A program made the position numbers and the translations under genes. DNA of 64,000 nt from Veleropilina oligotropha (Eukaryota). Positions 52,906 through 63,777 of the stretch are shown piece after piece. The stretch covers positions 248,001 through 312,000 of the forward strand of contig JBEUKZ010000066.1 of assembly GCA_048128005.1 (NCBI GenBank), read 5' to 3'. The notes under the pieces were generated by a model. The model had not been told where the DNA came from. It saw only the letters and a list, made by a program, of their open reading frames with translations, and made no database searches. Numbering within the stretch: the first letter of the stretch is position 1; each line of letters begins with the position of its first letter.

Positions 52906-53881
52906 CTACTATAGCCCCCGAGGCTACTGGAAAGGGATCGCCGCGATAAAACATCTCTCGGCCGCAGTAGATGTCTCTGAAGACGTGGCCCGGGATTGGC
53001 TGAAGAAGCAGGCCATCTGGCAAATCTATTTACCTGCGCCACGGCGGATTCCAAGACCAAAATTCAACGTCGAAACGCCGAACGAGGTTCACCAAGCCGA
53101 CCTCCTGTTTCTCCCACATGACAAGGTCGGTCGTAAAACGTACAAGTACGCTCTGACTGTGGTTGATGTGGCCAGTCGCTATAAAGAAGCTGAGCCATTG
53201 GCCACAAAAGAGGCCAAAGGGGTTGCTGAAGCAATTTCGCGAATCTACAGGCGGAGTCCTCTTAGCTGGCCGAAATTGCTTCAGGTTGATCCAGGGCGGG
53301 AGTTTATGGGCGCGGTCTCCCAGCTGCTGGCAAATAATAATGTCGAGGTTAGGCGTGGCCGTGTGGATCTCCATCGCGATCAAGGCATTGTGGAGCGCTT
53401 CAACCGGACGCTCGCTGAGCGGCTCTTCGGGCACCAGTATGCAAAAGAGATGCGGTTTGCAGAGTCTGCGAAAAAGGGTCAAAGGTCGACTGAGTGGGTC
53501 GCCCGGATAGCAGCAGTAGTTGCGGCCTTGAATGGGGAAGTGACCAGGCTGACCGGTAAAAAGCCCAAGGACGCCATCAAGGCACCTCGCATTGCCCAAA
53601 AGCCAGGCGCCACTGTTCCAGGCCGACTGGGGAAGGAACAGAAACTCCCCTCTGACGTAGATGTTCGATACCTATACCAACCCGGTGAGTTGGAGGGTGG
53701 TCGCCGCCGCGCTACTGACCCGGTGTGGTCTTTGACGGTTCACAGGCTTGGACGCTCCGTCACTAAGCCTGACGAGCCTGTGCTCTACTACTTGCTCGAT
53801 GGACCACCGCGTGGGTTTGTTCGAGAGGAACTTCTCGTGGTGCCTCGTGACACCCAGCTGCCGCCGGTTCTCAGGCGTTAA
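52883..53881 (+). CDS. Retroviral-like (rve) DDE integrase, Polinton type
   Basis: HQADL (D), LTVVDVASRY, QVDPGREF (D), IVERFNRTL (E); intact ORF; no chromodomain visible. Confidence 0.93.
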   Translation: MNRKLANSYYSPRGYWKGIAAIKHLSAAVDVSEDVARDWLKKQAIWQIYLPAPRRIPRPKFNVETPNEVHQADLLFLPHDKVGRKTYKYALTVVDVASRYKEAEPLATKEAKGVAEAISRIYRRSPLSWPKLLQVDPGREFMGAVSQLLANNNVEVRRGRVDLHRDQGIVERFNRTLAERLFGHQYAKEMRFAESAKKGQRSTEWVARIAAVVAALNGEVTRLTGKKPKDAIKAPRIAQKPGATVPGRLGKEQKLPSDVDVRYLYQPGELEGGRRRATDPVWSLTVHRLGRSVTKPDEPVLYYLLDGPPRGFVREELLVVPRDTQLPPVLRR

Positions 53882-54186
53882 CAGCTGCTGCTCCCTCGTT
53901 TTCGGTTACATTCCAGACACGTTAAGCGCACGTTGTCGCGGATGTGGCCCCTGCTGTTGTCCACACGGTCGACACTGAACTGCTGTGTGTCTTTGGGCTG
54001 GTAGGCCCAGAGCAGCTCTATGTTGCATGCGACGCATCGGTTGTTTTGGGTGTCTTTGAGCTGCAGGATGTCGTCGACCTTGAGGTTAAATCCCGGGAGT
54101 CCCTTGGCCTGGTCCTGGCGTTTGTACGCCACAAGCTTTTTCTGGATGCTCGGTTTGCGGCAGGGGCCTGTCCTCAGAACCCTCAT
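53878..54186 (-). CDS. HNH/His-Me finger endonuclease-like domain, possibly the C-terminus of the upstream gene
   Basis: CVAC...SVDRVDNSRGH..DNVRLTCLECN. Confidence 0.75.
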   Translation of the reverse strand: MRVLRTGPCRKPSIQKKLVAYKRQDQAKGLPGFNLKVDDILQLKDTQNNRCVACNIELLWAYQPKDTQQFSVDRVDNSRGHIRDNVRLTCLECNRKRGSSSC

Positions 54187-57100
54187 CCGGAGGACAGGTT
54201 ACCCGTTCGAGCTGATGCAGCAGCTCCACCCGGGACACGGCTAGGTAGGCGAGATTGCTCCACTGAAGGTAGTCGTCGATGATCCAGACTTTCTGTGGGT
54301 CGTGAATGGTAAGACCCTGGCTCGAATGGATGGTGAGAGCATAGCCCAGGCGCCAATCCGGGGTCAGGATAGCCCTTTCAGCGGCGTCAATCGTGACCTC
54401 AACGACGTCGTTGAGAACTAGCTCCTCTCTGTCGCTGGTGCCCGGATCGTTACCATGATGTTTTGCTTACGGGTGTCCCTGGGGTGGTACAGGATAGGAA
54501 CCGGGGAGTCTGGGAAGTGCTCCTTGTGCCTCTGGAGCAACAGCTGTTGAGCCCGTTCGCGGACCTTCTGACGGCTGGTGAGGATTAGGTCGCCTGGCCT
54601 CCAGGTGTTGACGAACCGATCCCATCCAAGGCAGCTGGGGAGGGTCCGTCGCATCTCGCCGCACTGGACTTTGTCGGGCTGGAGACGTATCCGTCTTTTC
54701 AGGGCTTGGAGGGCAGGGTCGTCTTTCGCCCTGTAGTCTACTTCGATCTCCTCATAGTAGTCCGCGGTCCTTCGCAGCCAATCGTGCGGCATCTCGCCCG
54801 TAATCGGTGGTGGCTGGCCTTGATCGCCACAGCAGATAACCTGCACTTCGTGCTGGCCCAGCCAGTCCAAGAACATCTCGAGGATGTGCCGGGGAACAGT
54901 ACAGACCTCGTCCCAGATAATGACGCGCGGGATGAACTTCTGACCCATGCGATCAGGCGTCCAGTCATTCTGACCGCTCCATCGGAAGAAACTGTGGTAG
55001 GTCTGGGCTTTGACGCCTCTGGTCCGCATCTCTTTAGCGAGGCGGTGGGTTGGTGTGAACACGACGGGATTTCTCGCCCGGAAGAGCTCTATAGCTCTCG
55101 TAGTCTTGCCACAGCCCCCTCCACCGTTGAGGTAACTCAGGCGATGGTGGGTCAGCGTGTCGTTGTAGCATGGCGCGGTGCTTGGCGGGAGGTCCTTCTC
55201 GGACTGCGTGTACTCCGGCTTGGGCAGGTATGCGGCATGTTCCTGTGGCATATACAGCTGTTCGCCCTTGTCACGCCACTGGGCCGGTGCTACTGGCGGA
55301 AGGTACGGCTCCGCGATCAGACATGAGACGCACGAGTTATCGCCACAGTCGCAGAGTTTGGGGGCAACGTACCCCGTGACATCGTCGAGCTTCTCCAACG
55401 AGGCCTTCTTGAGGTAGATGCTGTCAGTGGCTACCCGGACGGCTTCTGCTGCACTGAAACGCCTGAGCATGCTCAAGAGGTTTATGTGCGCATAGGCCAA
55501 CATCGCGGCCCTCAGGTGGGCGTACTGAGGCTGGGAGCCATCATAGTACGTGAGGATGTGCCCCATAGGGCACCTTTGAGGTGCGCCGACCAGGGTACCG
55601 CTTTGGCGGGTGTCTCTTACCAGGAAGTCCAGCTCTCCCTGGTCAATCACCAGTCTCCGTGTCAATCTTTTGCCATCAGCTTTGGCGCCCTGGGTGAACT
55701 TGCCGATGATACTGCATCCCTGGTCACGATTCTCAGGAAGCCAGACATCGGTCTGGTTTTTGAACGCGATGATGGCTTCTCGGATCTTGAGGCTTTTTAG
55801 CAGTCCAGATTATATGAGGAAGGCGAGCAGCGGGGTTGGTGCCCATCCATTCTCTGCAAAGTGCTTGCCGAACCATGCGGGAATGACGGGGTGGATGTCT
55901 TGTGCGAACTCCCACCCCACGACCTCAGCAAAGCCAGTCCCGATATCTTCAGGAAGAGGACCATTAATTGCGACTCGAGTCATGCTGTGGGTTGGGTGTC
56001 CGAATCTTTCGAAGTATGGCTTGGCCTCGCCCTGCCCCTGAAAGCTGGCAGGGTAGCAGGCTTTCATGTCGATGCAGCAGATATCTCTCGTGTCATAGCC
56101 CATGGAATTCCAGAGACCGCCGTGGCCATGCTCTACACAGGCCTTCTGGATGTCATCGAGCAGGCCCGCTGGGGTCGGTTTCCAGCCGTTGGTCTCCTTA
56201 GCCATAATGCTAGCTGCATGGTTCTCGCCAAAGGCTCGATCGGCTAGGGACTCATTCCCCAGCGCTGTACAGGCTTCCTGGAGTCTCTCGTGAGCCTCTT
56301 TCGTCCGGTAAGTGCGGCCATCTTGCAGCACGAACTGGTCCACGCCGAGCTGTCGGTCTTTACCGCCAAGGAGCCAGACAGCTAATGGCTCGTTCCGTGT
56401 GGCTTGTCGGATAGCTTCCCAGACATCGCCCTCGTAGATGTGGACCTCTCTACTTTGCGGGAAGTGCAGCTCCTTGGACCATGCGTGGCCGTTGTGGCAG
56501 ATGAGTTCTACTGGTCTATGCCAGCCCTGGTACTTCCCACTGCTGTAGATGTCGGCACCTGCGATGTCTCTCAAGATGATCGCCCGCTTCAGTATCCTCT
56601 CGAGGATGGATATATCATCCACAGTGGCGCCTGTTACATGAACTCGCTCTTCCCACTCCAGTATTTTCTGCCGCCTTATCGGGGTAAGTCCGTTTCCTCT
56701 AAGGGCACCTTCGAAGTGCTCAACCACTCGTTGGGCAACGCAGTTGAGGTCGCCGTTCTTCATCGGAACCAGATTGGCGGGGTTTGGTTCTCTGAGAGGA
56801 TAGACGCCGTAGACGACTGCAGTGACCGGGTAGGCATTCTCGTAGTAGACCTTGTCGACCCCAGTGATAGCACCCGGCTTAGTATCCTGAGAGATCTCAA
56901 AGACACCCTGGCCCTTCTTTCTCGCAGCTTTCACCGGGTCAAACTTGTCTTCGACCATCCAGTCGCCCTCACTCCACTCACGCAAGAACTTGATTCTAAG
57001 GACATACTCGCCCTTTGGAAGGGCTGTGAGGAGCTGTGCCGCCCTTGCATCTGTCATACGGGCATCCAGGGCCAGCCGTCCAGCCACTTCTATCCTCCAT

Positions 57101-57723
57101 GTGGAGAAGGCCGCCGCGGCGCCATCGACCTCAAACTCGTCTTTGGCGTCGCTCAAGAGTTCCACCCATGGCTCTTTTGCTGGGAGCCTTACTGGGGGAG
57201 GGACCTGGTCATCCAGGTCGATGAATCGTTGTCCCTCGGGTGTGGTAAATTGCCCTAGAAGATCCTTCTGGTAGTCCTGGGCTGTCCGGGGCGTTTTGGA
57301 GATGAGAAGATCAGGCCCCTTCCGAGCAATAGCATGGGCAAGGGTCTCTTTCCGAGACCTAGTCAGACCGCGCAGGTGTGGCTTGACGATTCGATCGGTG
57401 ATGGCGCGAAGTGGCTTCTGTCGAATCCCGGGCGTTTTCTCAGCTCGGATTTCGTATTTACGGGCCTTCAGGGCGGCGTCGACCTCGTCCTTAAGCTGCC
57501 GCAACTCGCGAGCACGTCGGCCTCTTTTGTGGGGGTTCTCCACATCTCCACGTATGGAGGGGAACCTTCCCGTTTTCATCGCCCGCTCGAGTCTCCTCCG
57601 AAACTGCGCAGCACGGACCCCGGCTATTTCCCTGATGAGGTCATTCTTCTTGAGCTTCGACCGAGCGGGAATCCCATAATCTTTCGCTAAATTACGCAGT
57701 TCTCTGAGGGAGACACGTTCCAT
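54086..57723 (-). pseudogene. Fusion of divergent protein-primed-type PolB and superfamily-1 helicase, disrupted
   Basis: ORFs 57723-55810 and 55665-54418 share a frame across one TAA (55812-55810). A frameshift near 54443 leads on to helicase motifs V/VI. PolB-like IDMKACYP, RDQGCSIIGKF, ATDSIY. SF1 motifs GGGGCGKTT, IIWDEV, GDQGQPPP, YALTIHSSQGLT, YLAVSRV. Confidence 0.82.
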
Positions 57724-57764
57724 CGCGATATGACCCTACAACACAAGTCTCTAATTGGAACTTT

Positions 57765-58064
57765 TTATGTCGTGCGCGACAGCAACTCGCGCAATACTGC
57801 GCCGTAGAGACGGCGAGCTCGGTTTTTAGTGTTTATGAGAGCCTGGGCGGCACGACGACCTCCACATGGTCTACACATCAGAACGGCCGATTTCGTGCCC
57901 TTGCCACATCTCTTACATGGCGGGGATGGTGTTATACCCATCCGAATTTGCCGTCGATGGGCATTGCAAAATTCGTTGACGCAGCTACGACCACAAACTC
58001 CAGCGGCATTAACTGTCAACCAAGGGCATACATTCTTTCCCCACATAGTTATCGCGTATACCAT
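57765..58064 (-). CDS. Small Cys/His-rich putative zinc-binding protein, 99 aa
   Basis: C-x10-C-x3-C-x4-C-x2-H followed by CKRC...CRPC. Confidence 0.6.
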   Translation of the reverse strand: MVYAITMWGKNVCPWLTVNAAGVCGRSCVNEFCNAHRRQIRMGITPSPPCKRCGKGTKSAVLMCRPCGGRRAAQALINTKNRARRLYGAVLRELLSRTT

Positions 58065-58207
58065 CGTATATACCAGTCTCTAAATAGGTTATGACACTAA
58101 CACACAAGAGCCCGGGCCGGCGAGGGTAGTGGGCCGTCCCTACGGGCTCTTACTACATACTACTATATCGGCATGTTAGACGCTGTGTAGTTATACTTGA
58201 AATCAAC

Positions 58208-58357
58208 ATGCCGCAGAAAGACGTTCCCATGTTGCGCAGCGCGAAAAGTTCCCGCCGCAAGGCCCCTGCCAAGGCTCCTGCCAAGGCTCCTGCCAAGGCC
58301 CCTGCCAAGGCTCCTGCCAAGGCCCCTGCCAAGGCTCCTGCCAAACGTCGTCCCTAG
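58208..58357 (+). CDS. 49-aa basic KAPA-repeat peptide (histone H1-tail-like)
   Basis: MPQKDVPMLRSAKSSRR(KAPA)7KRRP*; the only variable repeat base is the synonymous GCC/GCT position. Confidence 0.55.
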   Translation: MPQKDVPMLRSAKSSRRKAPAKAPAKAPAKAPAKAPAKAPAKAPAKRRP

Positions 58358-58370
58358 TCCCACCCCTGCT

Positions 58371-58563
58371 CTGTACACACGGTAACTTTTTGTAATACAC
58401 GATATACCCTGGGGTCTGAAAGGGTGCTGGGAGCCCCCACCCCCGGGCCCCTGGGCCCCACCCTAACTCCCTAGTCCCCCACAGTAATACCAGCTCGGTT
58501 CTGAACAGGTGCTGGGAGCCTTATTTTCCCATTCTAAAAAGTCCAATCACCCCCCCTGCTGCT
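58371..58563 (-). repeat. Right terminal inverted repeat
   Basis: Reverse complement of 43066-43258. Confidence 0.95.
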
Positions 58564-59434
58564 GACGGACCTTCAGGGACGACATATCAACTTCCTAGAG
58601 TTAGAAGCCGTCTACCTGTCAGTACGGTCCCTCTCGACACATCTCCGCAACAAGCACATAATGCTCGCCACGGACAACACGACTGTCGTCGCTTACATCC
58701 AGCACCAGGGCGGCACTCGCTCGCGTCCCCTTTGCGACTGAGCAATAGACCTACACCGCTTAGTGATGTCCCTCAACTCGACGATTCGAGCCCGACACAT
58801 CCCGGGAAAGCTGAATGTCAGAGCGGATTCGCTCTCTCGGAAATCACAGATAATACACACAGAGTGGACGCTACACAGCCGAGTAGCTCGGGACGTTTGT
58901 CGCCGGTGGTCACAACCCCAAGTCGATCTGTTTGCAACAGAGTTCAATTACCGACTACCTCTGTATGTCTCCCCGTACCCGGACCCGGCCGCCCTAGCGG
59001 TCGACGCACTGTCAATGACATGGGAGAATCTGTCCGCGTATGCCTTCCCCCCGTCGTGCATTCTATCACTGGTATTACAGAAGGCAGCGAACGAACGTTG
59101 CGAGATAACGCTAATAGCGCCCCTGTATCGCACGCAACCTTGGTTTCCGACCCTTCTCGATCTGATCGTCGATCGACCGTTAGCGCTACCGCAGAAACTA
59201 GACCTGTTAATGCAGCCGCGCACCCGTGTACTCCACGAATCACCGAACGACTTACGTTTACACGCCTGGCGGTTATCGAACGATCCCTTGCTAAGAAAGG
59301 ATTTTCTAAAGCTACAGCCCTACGTATCTACCGATCGAGACGGATTTCCACGACAAAAGTTTATGACTACCGATGGGTCAAGTACGTGGATTGGTGTCAC
59401 AGCAGGCAGGTCAATATACTCCGTCCCCCTGTGA
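58564..59434 (+). pseudogene. DIRS RNase H C-terminal half plus DNA adenine methyltransferase-like domain
   Basis: HINFLELEAV, TDNTTVVAYI, HIPGKLNVRADSLSR, then DLFAT and YAFPP. Premature TGA at 58739-58741. Confidence 0.88.
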
Positions 59435-60345
59435 ACAAGTTTATCGAGTTTTTATCGTCGCTCTTCGACCGCGGTATGTCAGTGTCCGCCGTCAAAGGCT
59501 ATCGGGCAACGATCGCGACCACGTTAAAACAGTGTCGTGCCCATGCTGGCCTATCAAGCGACCGAACGATTTCAGATTTTATTCGATCTTACGAACTCGA
59601 GATACCGACCCGGAAAATTAAACCACCTGCCTGGAATATCGTACTAATTCTTAACGCATTACTCTTACCCCCGTATGAGCCGATGTCCGAGATAACCATG
59701 AGGAACTTGACGCACAAAACGGTTTTTCTGATCGCCTTAGCGTCGGGCAGGCGTTGTTCCGAGATTCATGCTTTCTCCGCCGAGCTAAGAGATATTCGAT
59801 TCCAGTCAGACGGGTCGGTGATACTGCGTCCAATCTTGGGCTTTCTAGCCAAGAACCAACGGCCGAACGAGGACGCACCCGATGTTATTATCCCGAAGCT
59901 AACGCTTGTCGGAAGGCACGATGCAGACCGCTTCAATTGCCCGGTACGGGCGCTTCGCTTCTACCTAGACAGAACCCGTGATCTGCGACAAGGGAAATTA
60001 CGTTTATTCATTTCGTATTTGCCTACCTACACCCGCGACATTACGAGAACAACTGTTTCGCGGTGGATTTCACAGACTGTGAGAGATGTATACATCCGCT
60101 GTGAAGACGAAGACCGCACTATTTTATCGGTCCGCGCCCACGAGGTCCGGGCAATTGCTGCGTCTGTTGCATTCCGACACAGTTTGAATATCAATGCGTT
60201 ACTTCAAGCAGGTTATTGGAAAAACGCTAATGTGTTTGTTAAACATTATCTGCGGGATTACTCGACAGGGGCTGATGGATTGAGCAGTTTACAGTGTGTT
60301 GCTGCCCAAAGATGTATTGTTAGGCCGAGGTCGTCTAACCAGTAA
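58732..60345 (+). CDS. DIRS tyrosine recombinase (recognisable domain from about 59270; true start uncertain)
   Basis: Catalytic R (ASGRRCSEI), HxxR (AHEVRA), W (AGYW), Y (FVKHYL); CPVRALRFYL. Confidence 0.92.
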   Translation: MRLSNRPTPLSDVPQLDDSSPTHPGKAECQSGFALSEITDNTHRVDATQPSSSGRLSPVVTTPSRSVCNRVQLPTTSVCLPVPGPGRPSGRRTVNDMGESVRVCLPPVVHSITGITEGSERTLRDNANSAPVSHATLVSDPSRSDRRSTVSATAETRPVNAAAHPCTPRITERLTFTRLAVIERSLAKKGFSKATALRIYRSRRISTTKVYDYRWVKYVDWCHSRQVNILRPPVNKFIEFLSSLFDRGMSVSAVKGYRATIATTLKQCRAHAGLSSDRTISDFIRSYELEIPTRKIKPPAWNIVLILNALLLPPYEPMSEITMRNLTHKTVFLIALASGRRCSEIHAFSAELRDIRFQSDGSVILRPILGFLAKNQRPNEDAPDVIIPKLTLVGRHDADRFNCPVRALRFYLDRTRDLRQGKLRLFISYLPTYTRDITRTTVSRWISQTVRDVYIRCEDEDRTILSVRAHEVRAIAASVAFRHSLNINALLQAGYWKNANVFVKHYLRDYSTGADGLSSLQCVAAQRCIVRPRSSNQ

Positions 60346-63300
60346 GTATTGTTCCTTGATTAGTCAATTTACATAATTTACTGACGCCATTTTATTCTTG
60401 TTGGCCCAGCTGTGCTATGAAATAGACACCTATGAGGCAGTTCAATGTCTGTTCATTTCTTAAAAGTATTTTAAGATTTTGTACTTTACATGTCATACCT
60501 GAGTATTGACAGCCAGATTACATTGAATTTAATAAAACAACTTTATAATTTTGCACAAATCTTAAAAGATTGAGGTTCAATATTATTATGTTCTTTGCTG
60601 TAATCGAACATACGATGTTCAATACATTAAAAAATTTTGATTCCTTAAATTTATTTTTAAGTAACATGTCGTACATATTTGCTTCCTTAAAATTTATTTT
60701 AAGTGACATGTCGTCCATGTTAGCATTCGCAAGTTGGTCATGCGAATTACTTATTAATATCGATTATTAGGCCCCGCAGGGAGGCCTATAGTGATCACCT
60801 TTTCCGTCCGTCCCGTCCGTCCGTCCTTCCGTCCGTCCTTCCGTCCGTCCGACATGCACATTCTTTCATTTGCTCAATCTTAAGGTTAAGGTCCCAGGTC
60901 AAAGTTTCTGCACAATCTGCTGATTTAGCAAAGTATAACTAATAGACAATAAATAAAGAAGAGTAGGTACTCAATCTTAAGGTTAAGGTCCCAGGTCAAA
61001 GTTTCTGCACAATCTGCTGATTTAGCAAAGTATAACTAATAGACAATAAATAAAGAAGAGTAGGTACTCAACTACTATTAATAGGCGTTACTTAATGGAA
61101 TTTGATTCAAATTACCTTGGTTAAGGTTCCATTGGGATTAATTATTATTTTTAAATATAAACATAACTTTGGTGAAAGTCGATCACTTGTCTCTCTGTCA
61201 GACTTGCTCTAGGCTTGTAGTGTATGCTACAGGCACAGTAAGCAGTGAGACTTAAGGTGATAGTTTATGAGGTTATATACTTGTATATAGCTTCCCTGTT
61301 CGGAATATCCAACAGCTTCTTTGATCATGCTATGATGTCGATCAAGAGTAAACTATCCCATGATCAGTGAATGTCCCAGGTTAATGTTTCATATGCTCAA
61401 TCTTAAGGTTAAGATCACAGTAGAGTTTCCTTTGCCCAATCTTCTGATAAGATCCCAGGTTAAAGATTCATTTGCCCAATCTTCAGGTTAAGGTCCCAGG
61501 TCAAAGTTTCTACTTGTTTGATTTCTGAAGTTTTGCGTTTGGCTCTGTTTCTCAAAAGTATAAGATCTAGATCAAAATAACTATAGATGCTTCAAGGGTA
61601 CTGATGCTAAATGAATGCTTCGGATGCTGTATATTAGTATATAACATATATTATATGGTACAATGACTTTGTCATCATAGTAATCATTAAATCTGTGTTA
61701 AGATTTTGCTTTGTTTCCATATATCTTTTCACTCGAGCATCAGTTCAACTTCAAACTTCACGTGCAAACCTTATGAGCTGAAAAAAGTGCATACATATTT
61801 TTTTTAAATAATAATAAATTAAAAAAATTAAAAAAAAAAATTCTTTTTTATATATCAAAAAGGTTCATGAATGATTTTCATCATGTCTGTAGCAGTTATT
61901 ATGAAAAATTAATTATGCCTTAAAGTATTTAGGATAGAAATAATGGTAATTTTTGAAGAGTTATTAAATTTATTTTGTTTATTTATCTAAATGTTATGTG
62001 TGTATGATGAAAGGGACATGTGCTTATCTGTAAGACTTGCTCACTGCCAATAGGCAAAGTAAGCTGTTAAGCTTAATGGTCACTCTGTGAAGCCGAGATT
62101 ATCAAAATCTGATGTATTTTGAAAACTGCATGGCTTCGCCCTTGGTTTATTCCATGGGTATCTTGATTTGGCAGTATATATGGCCATTAAAAGATCAGAA
62201 TGTATACAGTGTCTATTATCATTCTCCTCAATTGATCAAGGTTAGCTTAATGCATCCCGAACAATAGTTCGGAATACACTGTAGCCTCGGTATAACGCGC
62301 CTCGATATCGGTTATAACGCGAGGCAGATCATGGCTCCCAAAATTTTATACCATATATACCTACTTTCTATAAAATGAGTCGGTTTCATGATAATTTTAG
62401 CAAATTAAGGAACCATTTTACAAATTGCAAAACGAAATCGATACTTTTATTAAAATTAAAATCTACCTTGATTCATCTTGATTGTAAATGATTCTTTTAA
62501 GTTTATTCATACATCATTGTCTTGTTAGCTTAATCCCTTTACACACGGAAACAATGGAAAGTAAGTTTGTTGACTCTGTAACATGGCCGACGACTTGGGT
62601 CTACGGTCGCTTAGGACAATGACAAATTTACTTGCTAATAAATATTTTATTACACTTGTTGTTTTGTAAACAAATATGAAATAAACATTGATGTTTTAAG
62701 CGTTGTATGATCAAGTTTCTTTTATGGATATGATTTACGATTAGTAAATCAAATGAATGAATACACGAAGTCACGGTTTGGGTGCCATCTTGACCTACTT
62801 TGAAACTGCATGTAAACAAACCCACGTGCTACATGTGCGCGTATGGAAGAACAGTCAGAAGGAGAATGTTTATGATTGATGTCGGTGTGTTATAACATAT
62901 TTTATCGATATTCTACTTAGTTTTACTTTGGTAAGTTGTTTTGTGATCGTATTTAACGGTTTTCACGGAAATATTCATAACGACACAATAATAGTTAGAC
63001 CCAGAACCTGTCTGTTAAGTCGGCAAGAAAAGTTATCTGGATAAGATTTCACATGTAATTAGAAAAACCTCACTATGTACACCTTATGTTCCTGGATACA
63101 GGGTGAACTGTGGCATCACAGAAGCATAGTTATATAATTGTGGTCATGCACAGAACCCGGAGCTTACCGGTTACCACGTCCACAGGTCAGAACGTCCACA
63201 GTCCAAGTCAAAACGTCCACAGGCCAGGTTAAAACGCCCACATAGCCTGGTTAAAACGTCCACATGTCAAAATCATGACTAAACGTCCTCTAATAAATGG

Positions 63301-63536
63301 TGTTTTATAATTGATAGTTTGTGAATAACAAATAGAAATGATAATAAATGTCAATGCTGATAAAATAGCCTAGTCGTAACTCAGTTTTATGTCGGCATGC
63401 GATGCAATCAATTCGGTTCAAATCCAAATCCCTCTCTTATCATTGTTACTATATCATATTTATGCATATAGTAAACTAACAAAAGGATAATCCTTTACCT
63501 ACCTTATTATATGAAATATTTTAATTATATTTCCAG

Positions 63537-63638
63537 GAGAATTTTATCACTACCGACAAAGAAAGAGATGTCCCGAGAGTAGACATATTGCCCAACAGCT
63601 GTGCAGATAAATATACACATACCAAATGTGAATATTGA
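63537..63638 (+). CDS. DTD1: Possible terminal coding exon of DTD1
   Basis: TTCCAG acceptor; phase fits the exon-5 donor; 33 codons to TGA; AATAAA at about 63659. No conserved motif confirms it. Confidence 0.35.
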   Translation, partial: ENFITTDKERDVPRVDILPNSCADKYTHTKCEY

Positions 63639-63777
63639 AATTATTTGTAATGTTGAGAAATAAAATATGACTATTACCCGTATTACGATTATTCGTTGGC
63701 ATAGATGTGAATAGTGAATTAAGTGAATAGGTGGCGTATACCAGTCATTGTCGCGAATAGAATCTCCAGTGAAGAAC

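Larger units (their letters stand above)
43066..58563. mobile_element. Endogenous Polinton/Maverick-like virus, full length, 15,498 bp
   Basis: 193-bp TIRs, AGCAGCAG...CTGCTGCT termini, GACGG duplicated on both flanks. Dense intronless ORFs including capsid proteins, packaging ATPase and rve integrase. Confidence 0.93.
39606..60345 (+). mobile_element. DIRS-type tyrosine-recombinase retrotransposon (coding span), interrupted at 43066-58563
   Basis: Order gag-like, RT, RNase H, adenine-MTase-like, then overlapping tyrosine recombinase. Terminal repeats not resolved. Confidence 0.92.

Noticed and set aside
56404..57258. 284-aa and other plus-strand ORFs opposite the polymerase-helicase gene
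   Set aside because: Antisense shadows in GC-rich coding DNA with no motifs.
58153..58400. AGAL-, LPRL- and WQEP-repeat ORFs in the track
   Set aside because: Alternative readings of the 12-bp repeat. The KAPA frame is preferred for its ATG context, basic flanks and synonymous variation. The antisense AGAL frame is also synonymous but has no ATG start.
43066..58563. Bacterial or phage contamination
   Set aside because: The TSD and exact interruption of the DIRS frame show integration, and the genes are of eukaryotic-virus type.
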